Assembly: GCA_048571215.1 (NCBI GenBank)
Contig: CP182352.1
Location: forward strand, 608,001-672,000
Source: Halarcobacter sp.
GTDB taxonomy: Bacteria > Campylobacterota > Campylobacteria > Campylobacterales > Arcobacteraceae
Direction: 5' to 3'
Length of the DNA: 64,000 nucleotides
The position numbers and the translations under genes were made by a program. The notes beneath the pieces are model-generated. The model made no database searches. It saw nothing but the letters and a program-made list of their open reading frames with translations, and was not told the origin of the DNA. Below, in pieces: positions 37,383-47,535 of this stretch. Each line of letters opens with the position of its first letter. The first letter of the stretch is position 1.

Positions 37383-37410
37383 TCAATAATTTATATATGA
37401 AGGGTAGCAA

Positions 37411-38346
37411 TTGAAGGGAAGTAAGGTTGGAATAGTAGGTGTTGGTAATGTTGGTTCAACTCTGGCATATGCACTAGCTACAAAAGGGGTTTGTGATTAT
37501 ATTTTATTAAAAGATATAAGGGGAAACTTCACAAAAGCAATGGCATTGGATATATCACAAGCTGCTAGTTCTGTTAGCTCTAAGACACTTATATTTGCAG
37601 TTGAAGAGGATAGTGAATTTAAAGATTGTGATGTGGTTGTAATAACAGCAGGCGTTGCAAGAAAACCTGGTATGAGTAGAGATGACTTACTAAATACAAA
37701 TGCTAAAATTATGAGTTCAATAATCAAAAGTGTCACTAAATACAATGAAAAAGCGATAATTATAATAGTATCAAACCCTTTAGATCTTATGGTTTATACT
37801 GCTCTTAAAATATCAAATTGGACACGAAATAAAATAATTGGTATGGCAGGTATTCTTGATAGTTCAAGAATGAACCATTTTATAAAAGAGAAATTAGGCG
37901 CTAAAAAAATCGAAACCTCTGTAATGGGTGGACATGGGGATGATATGGTTCCCTTAGTTGAATCAACAATGGTAGATGGTGTTTTTTTATCAAAACTTCT
38001 ATCAAAAGAGGAGATTGAGGAGATAATTGAAAAAACCAAAAGTGCTGGACTTGAGATTGTAAAATTACTAGAAACAGGATCTGCATATTATGCTCCTGCT
38101 CACTCAACAGCACTTATGGTAGAGTCTATTTTAAAAGATAAAAAAGAAGTTTATCCTTGTTCTGTAAAACTTAATGGAGAATATGGCTTTACTAATGTAG
38201 TAACTGGTGTCCCAATTATTTTAGGAAAAAATGGGATAGAAGAGATTATTGAACATAAGTTAAGTAAAAATGAAAAAGTTCAATTTTCAAAATCTGTTAA
38301 TTCTGTTATCTCTTTAATCGATAAACTTGATGCAAATGGAAAATAA
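37411..38346 (+). CDS. mdh: Malate dehydrogenase (LDH-like)
   Basis: GVGNVG, ARKPGMSRDDL, SNPLD, GGHGD, GSAYYAP. Confidence 0.88.
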   Translation: MKGSKVGIVGVGNVGSTLAYALATKGVCDYILLKDIRGNFTKAMALDISQAASSVSSKTLIFAVEEDSEFKDCDVVVITAGVARKPGMSRDDLLNTNAKIMSSIIKSVTKYNEKAIIIIVSNPLDLMVYTALKISNWTRNKIIGMAGILDSSRMNHFIKEKLGAKKIETSVMGGHGDDMVPLVESTMVDGVFLSKLLSKEEIEEIIEKTKSAGLEIVKLLETGSAYYAPAHSTALMVESILKDKKEVYPCSVKLNGEYGFTNVVTGVPIILGKNGIEEIIEHKLSKNEKVQFSKSVNSVISLIDKLDANGK

Positions 38347-38460
38347 ATATCCAATTTCAATCTAACAATTAAAAAATTTTTTTATTATAAATATTTATAA
38401 GTTTTATATATATTTTTTTTTGAAAAAAAGTTTAGAGTTTTTTTCATAATTTCTTTATTT

Positions 38461-38493
38461 TGCGATTATTATGCGAATTTTTTAAAGTAAAGT
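38461..38493 (+). promoter_or_regulatory. GCGA-box promoter 7 (meta operon)
   Basis: TGCGATTATTATGCGA-N11-TAAAGT. Confidence 0.8.
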
Positions 38494-38546
38494 TTCCTTA
38501 GTTAAAAAGTTAATTACTTTTTAAATGTTTTAGGGAAAGGGAAATT

Positions 38547-38870
38547 GTGAAACATACAATCTTAGTAAAAAACAAGAATAGAAAACATACTTGTATTGAG
38601 ACTAAAAATCTTATGGATGGTTTGAATGTTTATGCAAACCTAGTTCCTAAAGGTTGTCATAACGGTGCATGTGGTGTGTGTAAAATTCATGTTCTAAAAG
38701 GGGAATATTGCTCTAAAGGAAAAATGAATAGAAAACACATAACTGAGGAAGAGGAAAAAAATAACATTGTTTTGGCGTGTAGAGTTTTTCCTAAAGGTGA
38801 TATGGATATAGAGTTTATTCCAAGAACTATACCAAGTATCAAGAAAAAAGTATATGTATTAGGTAACTAA
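38547..38870 (+). CDS. dmpQ: XylT-type 2Fe-2S ferredoxin
   Basis: GCHNGACGVCK..LACRVFP, directly upstream of C23O. Confidence 0.85.
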   Translation: MKHTILVKNKNRKHTCIETKNLMDGLNVYANLVPKGCHNGACGVCKIHVLKGEYCSKGKMNRKHITEEEEKNNIVLACRVFPKGDMDIEFIPRTIPSIKKKVYVLGN

Positions 38871-38886
38871 ATTTAAGGAGAGTAAA

Positions 38887-39834
38887 ATGAGCGGTATTAT
38901 GAGAATGGGTCATATAGACATTAATGTTTTAGATATTAATGAGTCAAGAGAATATTATGAAAATATAATGGGACTAAGCGTTACAAGAGAAGATAGTGAT
39001 GGTACTTTATACCTAAAATGTTGGGATGAATGGGATAAATATAGCCTTGTTCTTAGACCAAGTGATGAGGCAACTTTTAACAAAGTGGGTTATAAAGTAG
39101 AAAAAGATTCAGATATCGATGATTTAAAAGCAAAAATAGAAGCTTATGGGATTTCAACTGAAATTTTACCAGCAGGAACTGTTGCAGAATGTGGAAGAGT
39201 TCTAAAATTTAACCTTCCAAGTGGACATGAGTTTAACTTATATGCAGAAAAAACTTTTATGGGGAAAGATGTTGGAGTTGTAAATCCAAGACCTTGGCCT
39301 TTTGAAGGAAGAGGTATAAAAGCTCACTGGATTGATCATGTATTATTGATGTGTGAGGGTCCAGAAAATGTTATGGCTTCTACAAAATTTTGTATGGAGG
39401 TTTTAGAGTTTAATTTAGCAGAACAAGTTACAGTTGGACCAGAAGGTTCTCTTCAAGCAGCAACTTGGCTTGCAAGAACTTCAACTCCTCACGACATAGC
39501 ATTTGTTGCTGGAGCTGAAACAGGTATGCATCATTTTGCTTTCTTCTTAGATGGATGGAATGATATTTTAAGAGCAGCGGATGTTATGGCTATGCATAAT
39601 GTAAAAATTGATGTAACTCCACAAAGACATGGTATTACAAGAGGTGAAACTATTTATTTCTTTGACCCATCAGGACATAGATTAGAAACATTTGCAGGAT
39701 TAGGTTACCTAATGCAACCAGATATGCCAACAGTTACTTGGACTGAAGATGAATTATGGAGAGGAATCTTTTACCATACTGGTGCAGAAGATGGAGCATT
39801 TACAACTGCTTATACATTATCCGCATATAAATAA
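38887..39834 (+). CDS. dmpB: Catechol 2,3-dioxygenase
   Basis: WDEWDKYS, IDHVLL, TPHDIAF, HHFAFFL, RHGITRGETIYFFDPSG..ETF. Confidence 0.95.
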   Translation: MSGIMRMGHIDINVLDINESREYYENIMGLSVTREDSDGTLYLKCWDEWDKYSLVLRPSDEATFNKVGYKVEKDSDIDDLKAKIEAYGISTEILPAGTVAECGRVLKFNLPSGHEFNLYAEKTFMGKDVGVVNPRPWPFEGRGIKAHWIDHVLLMCEGPENVMASTKFCMEVLEFNLAEQVTVGPEGSLQAATWLARTSTPHDIAFVAGAETGMHHFAFFLDGWNDILRAADVMAMHNVKIDVTPQRHGITRGETIYFFDPSGHRLETFAGLGYLMQPDMPTVTWTEDELWRGIFYHTGAEDGAFTTAYTLSAYK

Positions 39835-39842
39835 GGAATTTT

Positions 39843-40268
39843 ATGATTTTAACAGTAACTGAAAAATCTATATCAAGACAAGCTTCAAACCAAGCTTGTC
39901 TTTTGGCAATAGAAAAAGCAGAAGAATTAAATATAAAAATAAATGTTTCAGTTGTAGATAATAAAGGCTTGGAAATGGCTTTTTTAAGAATGGAAGATGC
40001 TTTTATACACTCAATTGATATAGCTAAAGATAAAGCATATACAAGTGCAAGTTTTGGTTTTCCAACAGATACCTGGACTACTATTTTCAAAAGCATGCCG
40101 CACTTGGAACAAGGTTTTTCTAATAGAGAAAGACTTGTTCCATTTGGAGGAGGTCTGCCGATTTTTGAAAATGGTATCAAAATTGGTGCTATTGGTGTAT
40201 CAGGTGGAACTGAAGAGGAAGATATTATATGTGCAAAATATGCAATTGAAAAAATAGGATTAGAATAA
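39843..40268 (+). CDS. GlcG/HbpS-family heme-binding protein
   Basis: SIDIAKDKAYT, GGGLPI, IGAIGVSGG. Confidence 0.88.
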   Translation: MILTVTEKSISRQASNQACLLAIEKAEELNIKINVSVVDNKGLEMAFLRMEDAFIHSIDIAKDKAYTSASFGFPTDTWTTIFKSMPHLEQGFSNRERLVPFGGGLPIFENGIKIGAIGVSGGTEEEDIICAKYAIEKIGLE

Positions 40269-41725
40269 TGAAAAAAGTACAACACTATATTAACGGACAA
40301 TTTTTAGACTCAGCAAATGGTGAGTTTTTTGATAACTTTAACCCCGCTACAAATGAATTGATTTCAAAAGTAGCTTTAGCAAGAGAAGCAGAAGTAAACG
40401 CTGCTGTTGCAGCTGCAAAATCTGCACTTACAGGTGAATGGGGACAAATGAAGCTAAATGATAGAATAGCTTTAATGTACGAAATAGCAAATGAGATTGA
40501 TAGAAGATTTGATGATTTTCTAGAAGCTGAAGCTTTAGATACAGGTAAACCATACTCTATAGCTAGACATATTGATATTCCAAGAGGAGCTGCAAACTTC
40601 AAAGTATTTGCAGATACTATGAAATCTGTTGCAGATGAAGCATATAGAATGGATACGCCTGATGGAAAAATGGCTATGAACTATTCTATGAGAAAACCAA
40701 AGGGTGTTATTGGTGTAATTTCTCCTTGGAATCTACCACTACTTTTAATGACTTGGAAGGTTGGTCCTGCTATGGCTTGTGGTAATACAGTTGTTGTAAA
40801 ACCATCACAAGTTACACCTACAACTACATCTTTATTGGGTGAAGTTATGACTAAAGTTGGAGTACCAGCTGGAGCATACAATGTTGTTCAAGGAAAAGGT
40901 TCAGTAACAGGGAACTTATTAACTGCACATAAAGATATAGATGCAATCACTTTTACAGGTGAAACTGTAACTGGTGAGATGATTATGAAAGCTTGTTCTG
41001 TTGGTGTTAGAGATGTTTCACTAGAGCTTGGTGGAAAAAACCCAGCTGTAGTTTTTGCTGATTGTGATATGCAAAAAGCTATAGCAGAAACTACAAGATC
41101 ATGCTTTGCTAACTCAGGACAAGTTTGTTTAGGAACAGAGAGAGTTTATGTACAAAGAGAGATTTTTGATGAGTTTGTAGCAAAACTTAAAGAATCGGCT
41201 TCTAAAATGAAACTTGGTATTCAACATGACGAATCATCTGATATGGGACCACTTGTAAGTGCTTCACATAGAGATAAGGTATTAGATTATTATAAAAAAG
41301 CAGTTGATGAGGGTGCTAATGTTGTTTTAGGTGGAGGTGCTCCTAAGATGCCTGGAAATATGAAAGATGGATATTGGGTAGAACCTACTATTTGGACAGG
41401 ACTTCCAGAAACTGCAACTGTTGTTCAAGAAGAGGTTTTTGGACCTTGTTGCCATGTACAACCTTTTGATACAGAAGAGGAGGCAATTAAAATGGCAAAC
41501 AACTCACCTTATGGATTAGCAGCTACACTATTTACTGAAAATCTAGATAAAGCTCATAGAGTAGCTTCTCAGATTGATGCGGGAATTGTTTGGATTAATT
41601 CATGGTTTTTAAGAGATTTAAGAACTCCATTTGGTGGTATGAAAGGTTCAGGAATAGGTAGAGAGGGTGGTCATCACTCACTAGAATTCTATACAGAACT
41701 TAAAAATGTATGTATAAAAATGTAA
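40268..41725 (+). CDS. dmpC: 2-hydroxymuconic semialdehyde dehydrogenase
   Basis: HIDIPRGAANF, LELGGKN, GQVCLG, WFLRDLRTPFGG. Confidence 0.94.
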   Translation: MKKVQHYINGQFLDSANGEFFDNFNPATNELISKVALAREAEVNAAVAAAKSALTGEWGQMKLNDRIALMYEIANEIDRRFDDFLEAEALDTGKPYSIARHIDIPRGAANFKVFADTMKSVADEAYRMDTPDGKMAMNYSMRKPKGVIGVISPWNLPLLLMTWKVGPAMACGNTVVVKPSQVTPTTTSLLGEVMTKVGVPAGAYNVVQGKGSVTGNLLTAHKDIDAITFTGETVTGEMIMKACSVGVRDVSLELGGKNPAVVFADCDMQKAIAETTRSCFANSGQVCLGTERVYVQREIFDEFVAKLKESASKMKLGIQHDESSDMGPLVSASHRDKVLDYYKKAVDEGANVVLGGGAPKMPGNMKDGYWVEPTIWTGLPETATVVQEEVFGPCCHVQPFDTEEEAIKMANNSPYGLAATLFTENLDKAHRVASQIDAGIVWINSWFLRDLRTPFGGMKGSGIGREGGHHSLEFYTELKNVCIKM

Positions 41726-41728
41726 GTA

Positions 41729-42529
41729 ATGGATAATAAAATGACAAATGAAAAAATTGAACAATATGGAAATGAATTATATGATTCTTTGAAGTCAACT
41801 AAATCTATTGCTCCATTGACAAGTAGAGAGGCAGATATAACAATTGAAGATGCTTATGCTATTCAAGATGTCTTAATCAAAAGAAGAATGAGTGAAGATG
41901 GTTCAAAAATCATTGGTAAAAAAATCGGCGTAACATCAAAAGTTGTGATGGATATGTTAGGGGTTGACCAACCAGATTTTGGATACTTATTATCAGATAT
42001 GATCTATTCTGATGGTGATGAGATTGATGTATCTACTAAAATGATTCAACCAAAAGCTGAAGGTGAAATAGCCTTTGTTTTAAAAGAAGACTTAATGGGA
42101 CCAGGGGTAACAAATGCAGATGTTCTAAGAGCAACTAAATTTGTTATGCCTTGTTTTGAGATAGTTGATTCAAGAATTACTGATTGGAAAATAAAAATCC
42201 AAGATACAGTTGCAGATAATGCTTCTTGTGGATATATAGTATTTGGTGGACAAAGTGCAGATCCAAGAGATTTGGATTTAACAACTTGTGGTATTACACT
42301 TGAAAGAAATGGTGAGTTATTACATACAGGTGCTGGAGCAGCAGCTCTTGGTAGTCCTGTAAATGCTGTAGTTTGGTTAGCTAATAAATTAGGTGAATTT
42401 GGAGTTGGTTTAAAAGCTGGAGAGGTTATTCTTTCAGGGGCTTTATGTGCTATGGTTCCAATTGAATCAGGGGATAATATGACTATAAATATTGGTGGAA
42501 TTGGTTCTGCCTCTTGTAGGTTTGTGTAA
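41729..42529 (+). CDS. dmpE: 2-oxopent-4-enoate hydratase
   Basis: GKKIGVTS, QPDFG, IQDTVADNAS. Confidence 0.9.
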   Translation: MDNKMTNEKIEQYGNELYDSLKSTKSIAPLTSREADITIEDAYAIQDVLIKRRMSEDGSKIIGKKIGVTSKVVMDMLGVDQPDFGYLLSDMIYSDGDEIDVSTKMIQPKAEGEIAFVLKEDLMGPGVTNADVLRATKFVMPCFEIVDSRITDWKIKIQDTVADNASCGYIVFGGQSADPRDLDLTTCGITLERNGELLHTGAGAAALGSPVNAVVWLANKLGEFGVGLKAGEVILSGALCAMVPIESGDNMTINIGGIGSASCRFV

Positions 42530-42669
42530 AGAGTTACTTATTACTTCTTTTAGAGTTTTTAAAAAGGGTGAAAACACAAGCTTTTTAGGTGAGATTTACT
42601 TTCACTGGTAAAAAGAAATTACAGAATAAAAGGTCCCTTTAAAATAGGGACTATTTTTAAGGATATAGA

Positions 42670-43554
42670 ATGAAAATTAATTGTGCATTGATAGGTCCAG
42701 GAAATATTGGTTTAGACCTAATGTATAAACTTCAAAGAAGTGAAATACTTAATCCATTATGGATGGTGGGGATTAACGAAGGATCAAAAGGTTTAGCAAA
42801 AGCTAGAGATAATGGTCTTAAAACTACACATAATGGTGTAGATGGATTATTAGAACATATTGAAAAAGATGAAATAAAAATTGCATTTGATGCAACGTCA
42901 GCATATGTACATGGTGAAAATAATAGAAAATTAAAAGAAAAAGGTGTAATGGTTATTGACCTTACACCAGCAGCTATTGGACCATTTTGTGTACCTTCAG
43001 TAAATCTACAAGAGTTATTGGCACAAAATACACAAAATGTAAACATGGTAACTTGTGGTGGACAAGCAACTATTCCTATGGTTGCAGCTGTTTCACAAGT
43101 ACAAGCAGTTGAATATGGTGAAATAGTTGCTACTATTGCTTCAAAATCAGCAGGACCTGGTACTAGAGCAAATATTGATGAGTTTACAGAAACTACAGCT
43201 TTAGGGATTGAAAAAGTTGGTGGGGCAAAAAAAGGTAAAGCAATTATTATATTAAATCCAGCAGAGCCGCCACTTATGATGAGAGATACTGTTCATTGTT
43301 TAACTGTAGGTGAACCAGATCAAGAAGCTATTACTGAATCTGTTCATAAGATGATAGCAAAAGTTCAAAGATTTGTACCTGGATATAAACTAAAAAATGG
43401 ACCAGTATTTGATGGAAATAGAGTATCAATCTTTTTAGAGGTTGAAGGGCTAGGTGATTATTTACCAAAATATGCAGGAAATCTAGACATCATTACAGCA
43501 GCTGCAACAGATGTAGCAGAGCAAATGGCTGAAAAAATAAAAGCAGGGGTATAA
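42670..43554 (+). CDS. dmpF: Acylating acetaldehyde dehydrogenase
   Basis: [31 protein letters not shown]. Confidence 0.95.
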   Translation: MKINCALIGPGNIGLDLMYKLQRSEILNPLWMVGINEGSKGLAKARDNGLKTTHNGVDGLLEHIEKDEIKIAFDATSAYVHGENNRKLKEKGVMVIDLTPAAIGPFCVPSVNLQELLAQNTQNVNMVTCGGQATIPMVAAVSQVQAVEYGEIVATIASKSAGPGTRANIDEFTETTALGIEKVGGAKKGKAIIILNPAEPPLMMRDTVHCLTVGEPDQEAITESVHKMIAKVQRFVPGYKLKNGPVFDGNRVSIFLEVEGLGDYLPKYAGNLDIITAAATDVAEQMAEKIKAGV

Positions 43555-43555
43555 G

Positions 43556-44584
43556 ATGGATTTAAATGGTAAAAAAATAAAAATACATGATATGTCTTTA
43601 AGAGATGGAATGCACTCTATTAGACATCAGTTTACTCTTGATCAAATGAAAAATATGGCAACAGCTATGGATGATGCAGGAGTTCCATATATTGAAGTAA
43701 CTCATGGGGATGGACTAGGTGGTTCATCTGTAAATTATGGCTTTGGATTACATAGTGATGAAGAGTGGTTAGATGCAGTTGTTCCAAACTTAAAAAAATC
43801 AAAAGTATCTGTACTTTTATTACCAGGGATTGGAACAGTACAAAATCTAAAAAGTGCTGTAAAACATGGTGCTTCAATGGTTAGAGTTGCAACTCACTGT
43901 ACAGAAGCTGATGTATCAGCACAACACATAAAAGCTGCACGTGAAATGGGACTTGATACAGTTGGATTTTTAATGATGTCTCATATGATTGATGAGAAAA
44001 AATTATTAGAACAAGCGAAATTGATGGTTTCTTATGGAGCAACAACAGTTTATGCAACTGATTCAGCAGGATATCTTTTACCAGAAGGTGTTTACAAAAG
44101 AATTGATACTATTAAACAACATTTTGGTGATGATATTGAAGTTGGTTTTCATGGTCATAACAATATGTCTATGGGAGTTGCTAACTCAATTGCAGCTATT
44201 GAAGGTGGTGCAAATAGAATTGATGCATCACTAGCTGGATTTGGTGCTGGTTCTGGAAATACTGCAACTGAAGTATTGGTTGCTGTTTTAAGTAGAATGG
44301 GTGTTGAAACTGGAATTGATTTAAATAAAATTGAAGATGCAGCTGAAGATATTGCATTACCAATTATGGGTAAACCTACAAGAATCTCAAGGGATTCATT
44401 AACTTTAGGATATGCAGGTGTTTATTCATCATTTTTACTTTTTGCAAGACGGGCACAAGAAAAATATGGTATTGATGCTAGAGCAATTCTTATAGAGTTA
44501 GGAAAAAGGGGAACTGTTGGTGGTCAAGAGGATATGATTGAAGATTTAGCCTTAGATATGGCAAAAGAAAAAGGACTTATATAA
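43556..44584 (+). CDS. dmpG: 4-hydroxy-2-oxovalerate aldolase
   Basis: [39 protein letters not shown]. Confidence 0.95.
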   Translation: MDLNGKKIKIHDMSLRDGMHSIRHQFTLDQMKNMATAMDDAGVPYIEVTHGDGLGGSSVNYGFGLHSDEEWLDAVVPNLKKSKVSVLLLPGIGTVQNLKSAVKHGASMVRVATHCTEADVSAQHIKAAREMGLDTVGFLMMSHMIDEKKLLEQAKLMVSYGATTVYATDSAGYLLPEGVYKRIDTIKQHFGDDIEVGFHGHNNMSMGVANSIAAIEGGANRIDASLAGFGAGSGNTATEVLVAVLSRMGVETGIDLNKIEDAAEDIALPIMGKPTRISRDSLTLGYAGVYSSFLLFARRAQEKYGIDARAILIELGKRGTVGGQEDMIEDLALDMAKEKGLI

Positions 44585-45372
44585 TGGCACTAGATAAAGA
44601 AACAATAGAAAAACTTGCAAAACATTGTGAAGATGCAGAAATAAATGCTTATGAGATTACTAAGATAACAGATGATTATCCTGAAATGACTTATAAGGAT
44701 GCCTTTGATATTCAATGGACAGCAAGAAGAAATAAAGAGGCTCGTGGTACTAAGATTATTGGTATGAAGATGGGGCTAACTAGCCAAGCAAAAATGAAGC
44801 AAATGGGTGTTGAAAATCCTTGTTATGGATATTTGGCTGATTACTTTGCATATGCTGATGGAGCTGAGATTGAGATTGATAAACTGATACATCCAAAGGT
44901 AGAAGCTGAGATTGCTTTTGTTTTAAAAGAGGATTTAGCAGGACCTGGCTGTCATATTGGTGATGTAATAGCTGCTACTGATTTTGTTATGCCTGCTGTT
45001 GAGATTATTGATTCAAGATATAAAGATTTTAAATTTGATTTAAAATCAGTTATTGCAGATAACTCTTCATCTTCAAGATATGTAACAGGTGGGCAAGCAA
45101 GGGATATTAAAGGTTTAGACCTTAAAACTCTTGGTGTAGTTATGGAAATAAATGGTGAAATAGTTCAACTTGGAGCTGGTGCTGCTGTTCTTGGACATCC
45201 TGCAACTTCTATTGCAATGCTTGCAAATATGATGGCTGAAAGAGGTGAAACACTTAAAAAAGGTGAATATATTTTATCAGGTGCAATCACAGCTGCTATA
45301 TCAGTAAAAAAAGGTGATAATGTAAATGTTAAATTCCAAGATTTAGGTTCTGTGTCATTTAAGTTTGTATAG
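44584..45372 (+). CDS. dmpH: 4-oxalocrotonate decarboxylase
   Basis: KMGLTSQAKM, IHPKVEAEI, SVIADNSSS. Confidence 0.92.
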   Translation: MALDKETIEKLAKHCEDAEINAYEITKITDDYPEMTYKDAFDIQWTARRNKEARGTKIIGMKMGLTSQAKMKQMGVENPCYGYLADYFAYADGAEIEIDKLIHPKVEAEIAFVLKEDLAGPGCHIGDVIAATDFVMPAVEIIDSRYKDFKFDLKSVIADNSSSSRYVTGGQARDIKGLDLKTLGVVMEINGEIVQLGAGAAVLGHPATSIAMLANMMAERGETLKKGEYILSGAITAAISVKKGDNVNVKFQDLGSVSFKFV

Positions 45373-45463
45373 GTTTTTTACTTTAAATGGTTCTATAAAT
45401 CATTTTAAAAGTAGAAAAAATTATCACTCCCTAAAAAATAGGGAGAATTTTTAAGGATACATT

Positions 45464-45655
45464 ATGCCAATAGCAACTATAAATATTATTGAGGGTCGCG
45501 ATGATGAAAAAAAAGAGAAGCTTATTGAAAAAGTAACTCTTGCTATTCATGAATCATTAGATGCTCCAATTGAGACGATTAGGGTGATTTTAAATGAGAT
45601 GCCAAAACAGCATTATGGTATAGCTGGAAAAAGTGTAAAAAAACTAGGAAAATAG
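45464..45655 (+). CDS. dmpI: 4-oxalocrotonate tautomerase
   Basis: Pro-1 (MPIA), EGR, IAGK; 63 aa. Confidence 0.93.
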   Translation: MPIATINIIEGRDDEKKEKLIEKVTLAIHESLDAPIETIRVILNEMPKQHYGIAGKSVKKLGK

Positions 45656-45657
45656 TA

Positions 45658-46674
45658 GTGAAGTTAAAATTAAGTGTATTAGACCAATCCCCAATACATG
45701 ATAACAAAGAGGCTAAGAGTGGTCTTTTTGATACAATAGAATTAGCAAAACTTTGTGAGGATTTAGGATATAAAAGGTATTGGTGTGCAGAGCATCATGA
45801 TACACCAGGATATGCAAGTTCATCACCTGAGATAATGGTTGCAGCTGTAGCTTCTGCCACTTCAAAAATAAGAGTAGGAAGTGGTGGGGTGATGTTAAAC
45901 CATTATAGTGCTTATAAGGTAGCTGAAATATTTAATACCTTAACTGCTCTTCATGGTTCTAGAATAGATTTAGGAATAGGTAGAGCCAATGGAGCAAATT
46001 TTTTAAGTGCAAGGGCACTTCATAATAAAAATAGTGATTCTTATGCCCAAAAAGCAAACGATTTAATAAATTATTTAAACGATACTGTACCCAAAAACGA
46101 TTATTTTCATGGGGTTGGAATATCTCCTAAAGATGTTGAATCAACTCCTGTATACCTATTGGGTTCTAGCGATGGAAGCTCTGCTTTAGCTGCCCATCTT
46201 GGAGCTAGTTTTTGTTTAGCTTTATTTATTGGAACCCATGAGAGACCAATAGAAATAATTGAAAATTATAAAAAGCAATTTAAAGCTTCAAAAACTTTTA
46301 ATAAACCAAAACCTATGATAGCAGTTGCTTGTATATGTGCACCCACAAAAGAGGAGGCAATACAAATAGCATCAAGCCATACCTATTGGAAAGTTCAAGC
46401 TTTTAGACACACTACAAGAGATGGTTTACATAGTCCCCAAGAGGTAGAAGAACTATACGAAGAGTTATCTTATGATGATAAAATATATTATCACGAGACT
46501 ATGAAAACTATGGTTTTAGGTACACCAAAAGAGTGTAAAGAGAAAATAGAAAATTTAGCAAAAGAGTATGGAGTTGATGAGGTTATGCTTGTTAATGTAA
46601 CTTACTCTTTTGAAGATAGAAAAAGATCATATAAACTTTTAGCCAAAGAGTTTAATTTAAATAAAGGAGAATAG
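45658..46674 (+). CDS. Luciferase-like (LLM) flavin-dependent oxidoreductase
   Basis: LSVLDQSP, WCAEHH, IRVGSGGVML, RIDLGIGRA. Confidence 0.88.
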   Translation: MKLKLSVLDQSPIHDNKEAKSGLFDTIELAKLCEDLGYKRYWCAEHHDTPGYASSSPEIMVAAVASATSKIRVGSGGVMLNHYSAYKVAEIFNTLTALHGSRIDLGIGRANGANFLSARALHNKNSDSYAQKANDLINYLNDTVPKNDYFHGVGISPKDVESTPVYLLGSSDGSSALAAHLGASFCLALFIGTHERPIEIIENYKKQFKASKTFNKPKPMIAVACICAPTKEEAIQIASSHTYWKVQAFRHTTRDGLHSPQEVEELYEELSYDDKIYYHETMKTMVLGTPKECKEKIENLAKEYGVDEVMLVNVTYSFEDRKRSYKLLAKEFNLNKGE

Positions 46675-47499
46675 ATGTCACAAAATCCTGAAATTGCAAA
46701 TAGTATAAAAACAGGAAGTTTTAATACAAATTATCATGATATTGGAGAGGGTGAACCAATCATTTTTATTCATGGTTCAGGACCTGGGGTTTCAGCATTT
46801 GCAAATTGGCGGTTGTGTATGCCTGTACTTGCTGAAAAATTTAGAGTAATTGCGCCTGATATGGCAGGTTTTGGTTTTTCTGATAGACCTGAAGGAATGA
46901 TTTATAACATGGATGTTTGGCTTAAACAAACAATCGATTTAATGGATGCTTTAGGTATTGAAAAAACAAATCTAGTGGGAAATTCATTTGGTGGAGCTTT
47001 AGCATTAGCTTTAACTATTAAATATCCTCAACGATTTGATAAAATTGTACTTATGGGTGCAATGGGAGTTGAGTTTGAGATTACAGCTGGACTTGATCAA
47101 GCTTGGGGATATACACCAAGCTTAGAAAATATGAAATCATTGCTTGATACCTTTGCTTATAGTAGAGTATTGGTAACTGACGAGTTAGCAAAATTAAGAT
47201 ATGATGCAAGTATTAGACCTGGATTTCAAGAATCGTTTGGTTCAATGTTCCCTGAACCTAGACAATCCTCAGTTACTGCAATGGCTAGTGATGAAGAGAA
47301 TATAAAAAAAATAAAAAACAATGTTCTAATTATTCATGGTAGAGAAGATAAAGTTATCCCTTTTGAAAACTCAATAAGATTACATAATTTGATAACAAAA
47401 TCACAATTACATGGTTTTGGAGAATGTGGACATTGGAGTCAAATAGAACATAAAGATAGATTTAATGAGCTTTTATTAGATTTTTTTAGTGAAGAGTAA
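46675..47499 (+). CDS. dmpD: 2-hydroxymuconic semialdehyde hydrolase
   Basis: HGSGPGVSAFANW, GNSFGG, HGREDKV, CGHW. Confidence 0.92.
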   Translation: MSQNPEIANSIKTGSFNTNYHDIGEGEPIIFIHGSGPGVSAFANWRLCMPVLAEKFRVIAPDMAGFGFSDRPEGMIYNMDVWLKQTIDLMDALGIEKTNLVGNSFGGALALALTIKYPQRFDKIVLMGAMGVEFEITAGLDQAWGYTPSLENMKSLLDTFAYSRVLVTDELAKLRYDASIRPGFQESFGSMFPEPRQSSVTAMASDEENIKKIKNNVLIIHGREDKVIPFENSIRLHNLITKSQLHGFGECGHWSQIEHKDRFNELLLDFFSEE

Positions 47500-47535
47500 T
47501 ATTGTATAATTAATTTTATTTAATTATACAAAGGA

